In this document: positions 44,590 to 44,714 of the stretch, in pieces
How positions within the stretch are numbered: the stretch's first letter is position 1
Layout: every line of letters starts with the position of its first letter
Assembly: GCA_964347265.1 (NCBI GenBank)
Contig: CAYFXV010000002.1
Span: 22,821 to 67,534, forward strand
DNA from: an uncultured archaeon
Lineage (GTDB): Archaea > Aenigmatarchaeota > Aenigmatarchaeia > Aenigmatarchaeales > Aenigmatarchaeaceae
Reading direction: 5' to 3'
DNA length: 44,714 bases
Translations under genes and position numbers: made by a program
The notes under the pieces: generated by a model
Databases searched by the model: none
The model's input: the letters and a program-made list of their open reading frames with translations, nothing else
What the model was told of the DNA's origin: nothing

Positions 44590-44714
44590 TCAAATCTTTC
44601 TTAAGAATCTTCTTAAAACATCTTCTAAATTAGGTTTCCCAATTTCCCTTATCTCATACCTAACTCTAGCAGCTGGTTTATTGATATTTAATAGATTTCT
44701 CAAATCAACAGGAG
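44590..44714 (-). CDS. 3' end of a hypothetical protein (partial)
   Basis: Open frame ...PVDLRNLLNINKPAARVRYEIREIGKPNLEDVLRRFLRKI* with TGA at 44592-44590. Confidence 0.45.
   Translation of the reverse strand, partial: PVDLRNLLNINKPAARVRYEIREIGKPNLEDVLRRFLRKI

Overview
AT-rich archaeal chromosomal segment, most consistent with a DPANN archaeon, possibly Aenigmatarchaeota (inferred from archaeal informational genes, GGTGA/GGAGG ribosome-binding sites and many small membrane proteins). 1-16049: type IV pilus-like locus with a 745-aa assembly ATPase, a fused TadB/TadC-like platform and at least 11 downstream genes with one N-terminal hydrophobic helix (40-aa micro-pilins up to 875-aa and >662-aa proteins; two are missing from the ORF track). 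It is flanked by a divergent coiled-coil gene pair and four paralogous membrane proteins. 16101-22674: orphan microproteins, DUF357, dph5, Trm5-like and Taw2 enzymes, AMMECR1 and an FAD oxidoreductase. 22718-29175: two P-IIA ATPases around a Ca2+/cation exchanger. 29258-36401: stripped-down group 4 membrane-bound [NiFe]-hydrogenase operon in mbhH-I-J-K-L-M-N order with a half-size antiporter subunit, an inserted surface protein, HycI and a minimal HypC. 36402-36495: initiator tRNA-Met with a 16-nt non-canonical D-loop intron. 36581-44714: rnhB, aspS, ferredoxin plus geranylgeranyl reductase, PP2C phosphatase and an unusually short (825 aa) hinge-containing SMC. No CRISPR array, rRNA, transposase or integrase was seen. 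All calls come from reading motifs by eye; no searches were run.
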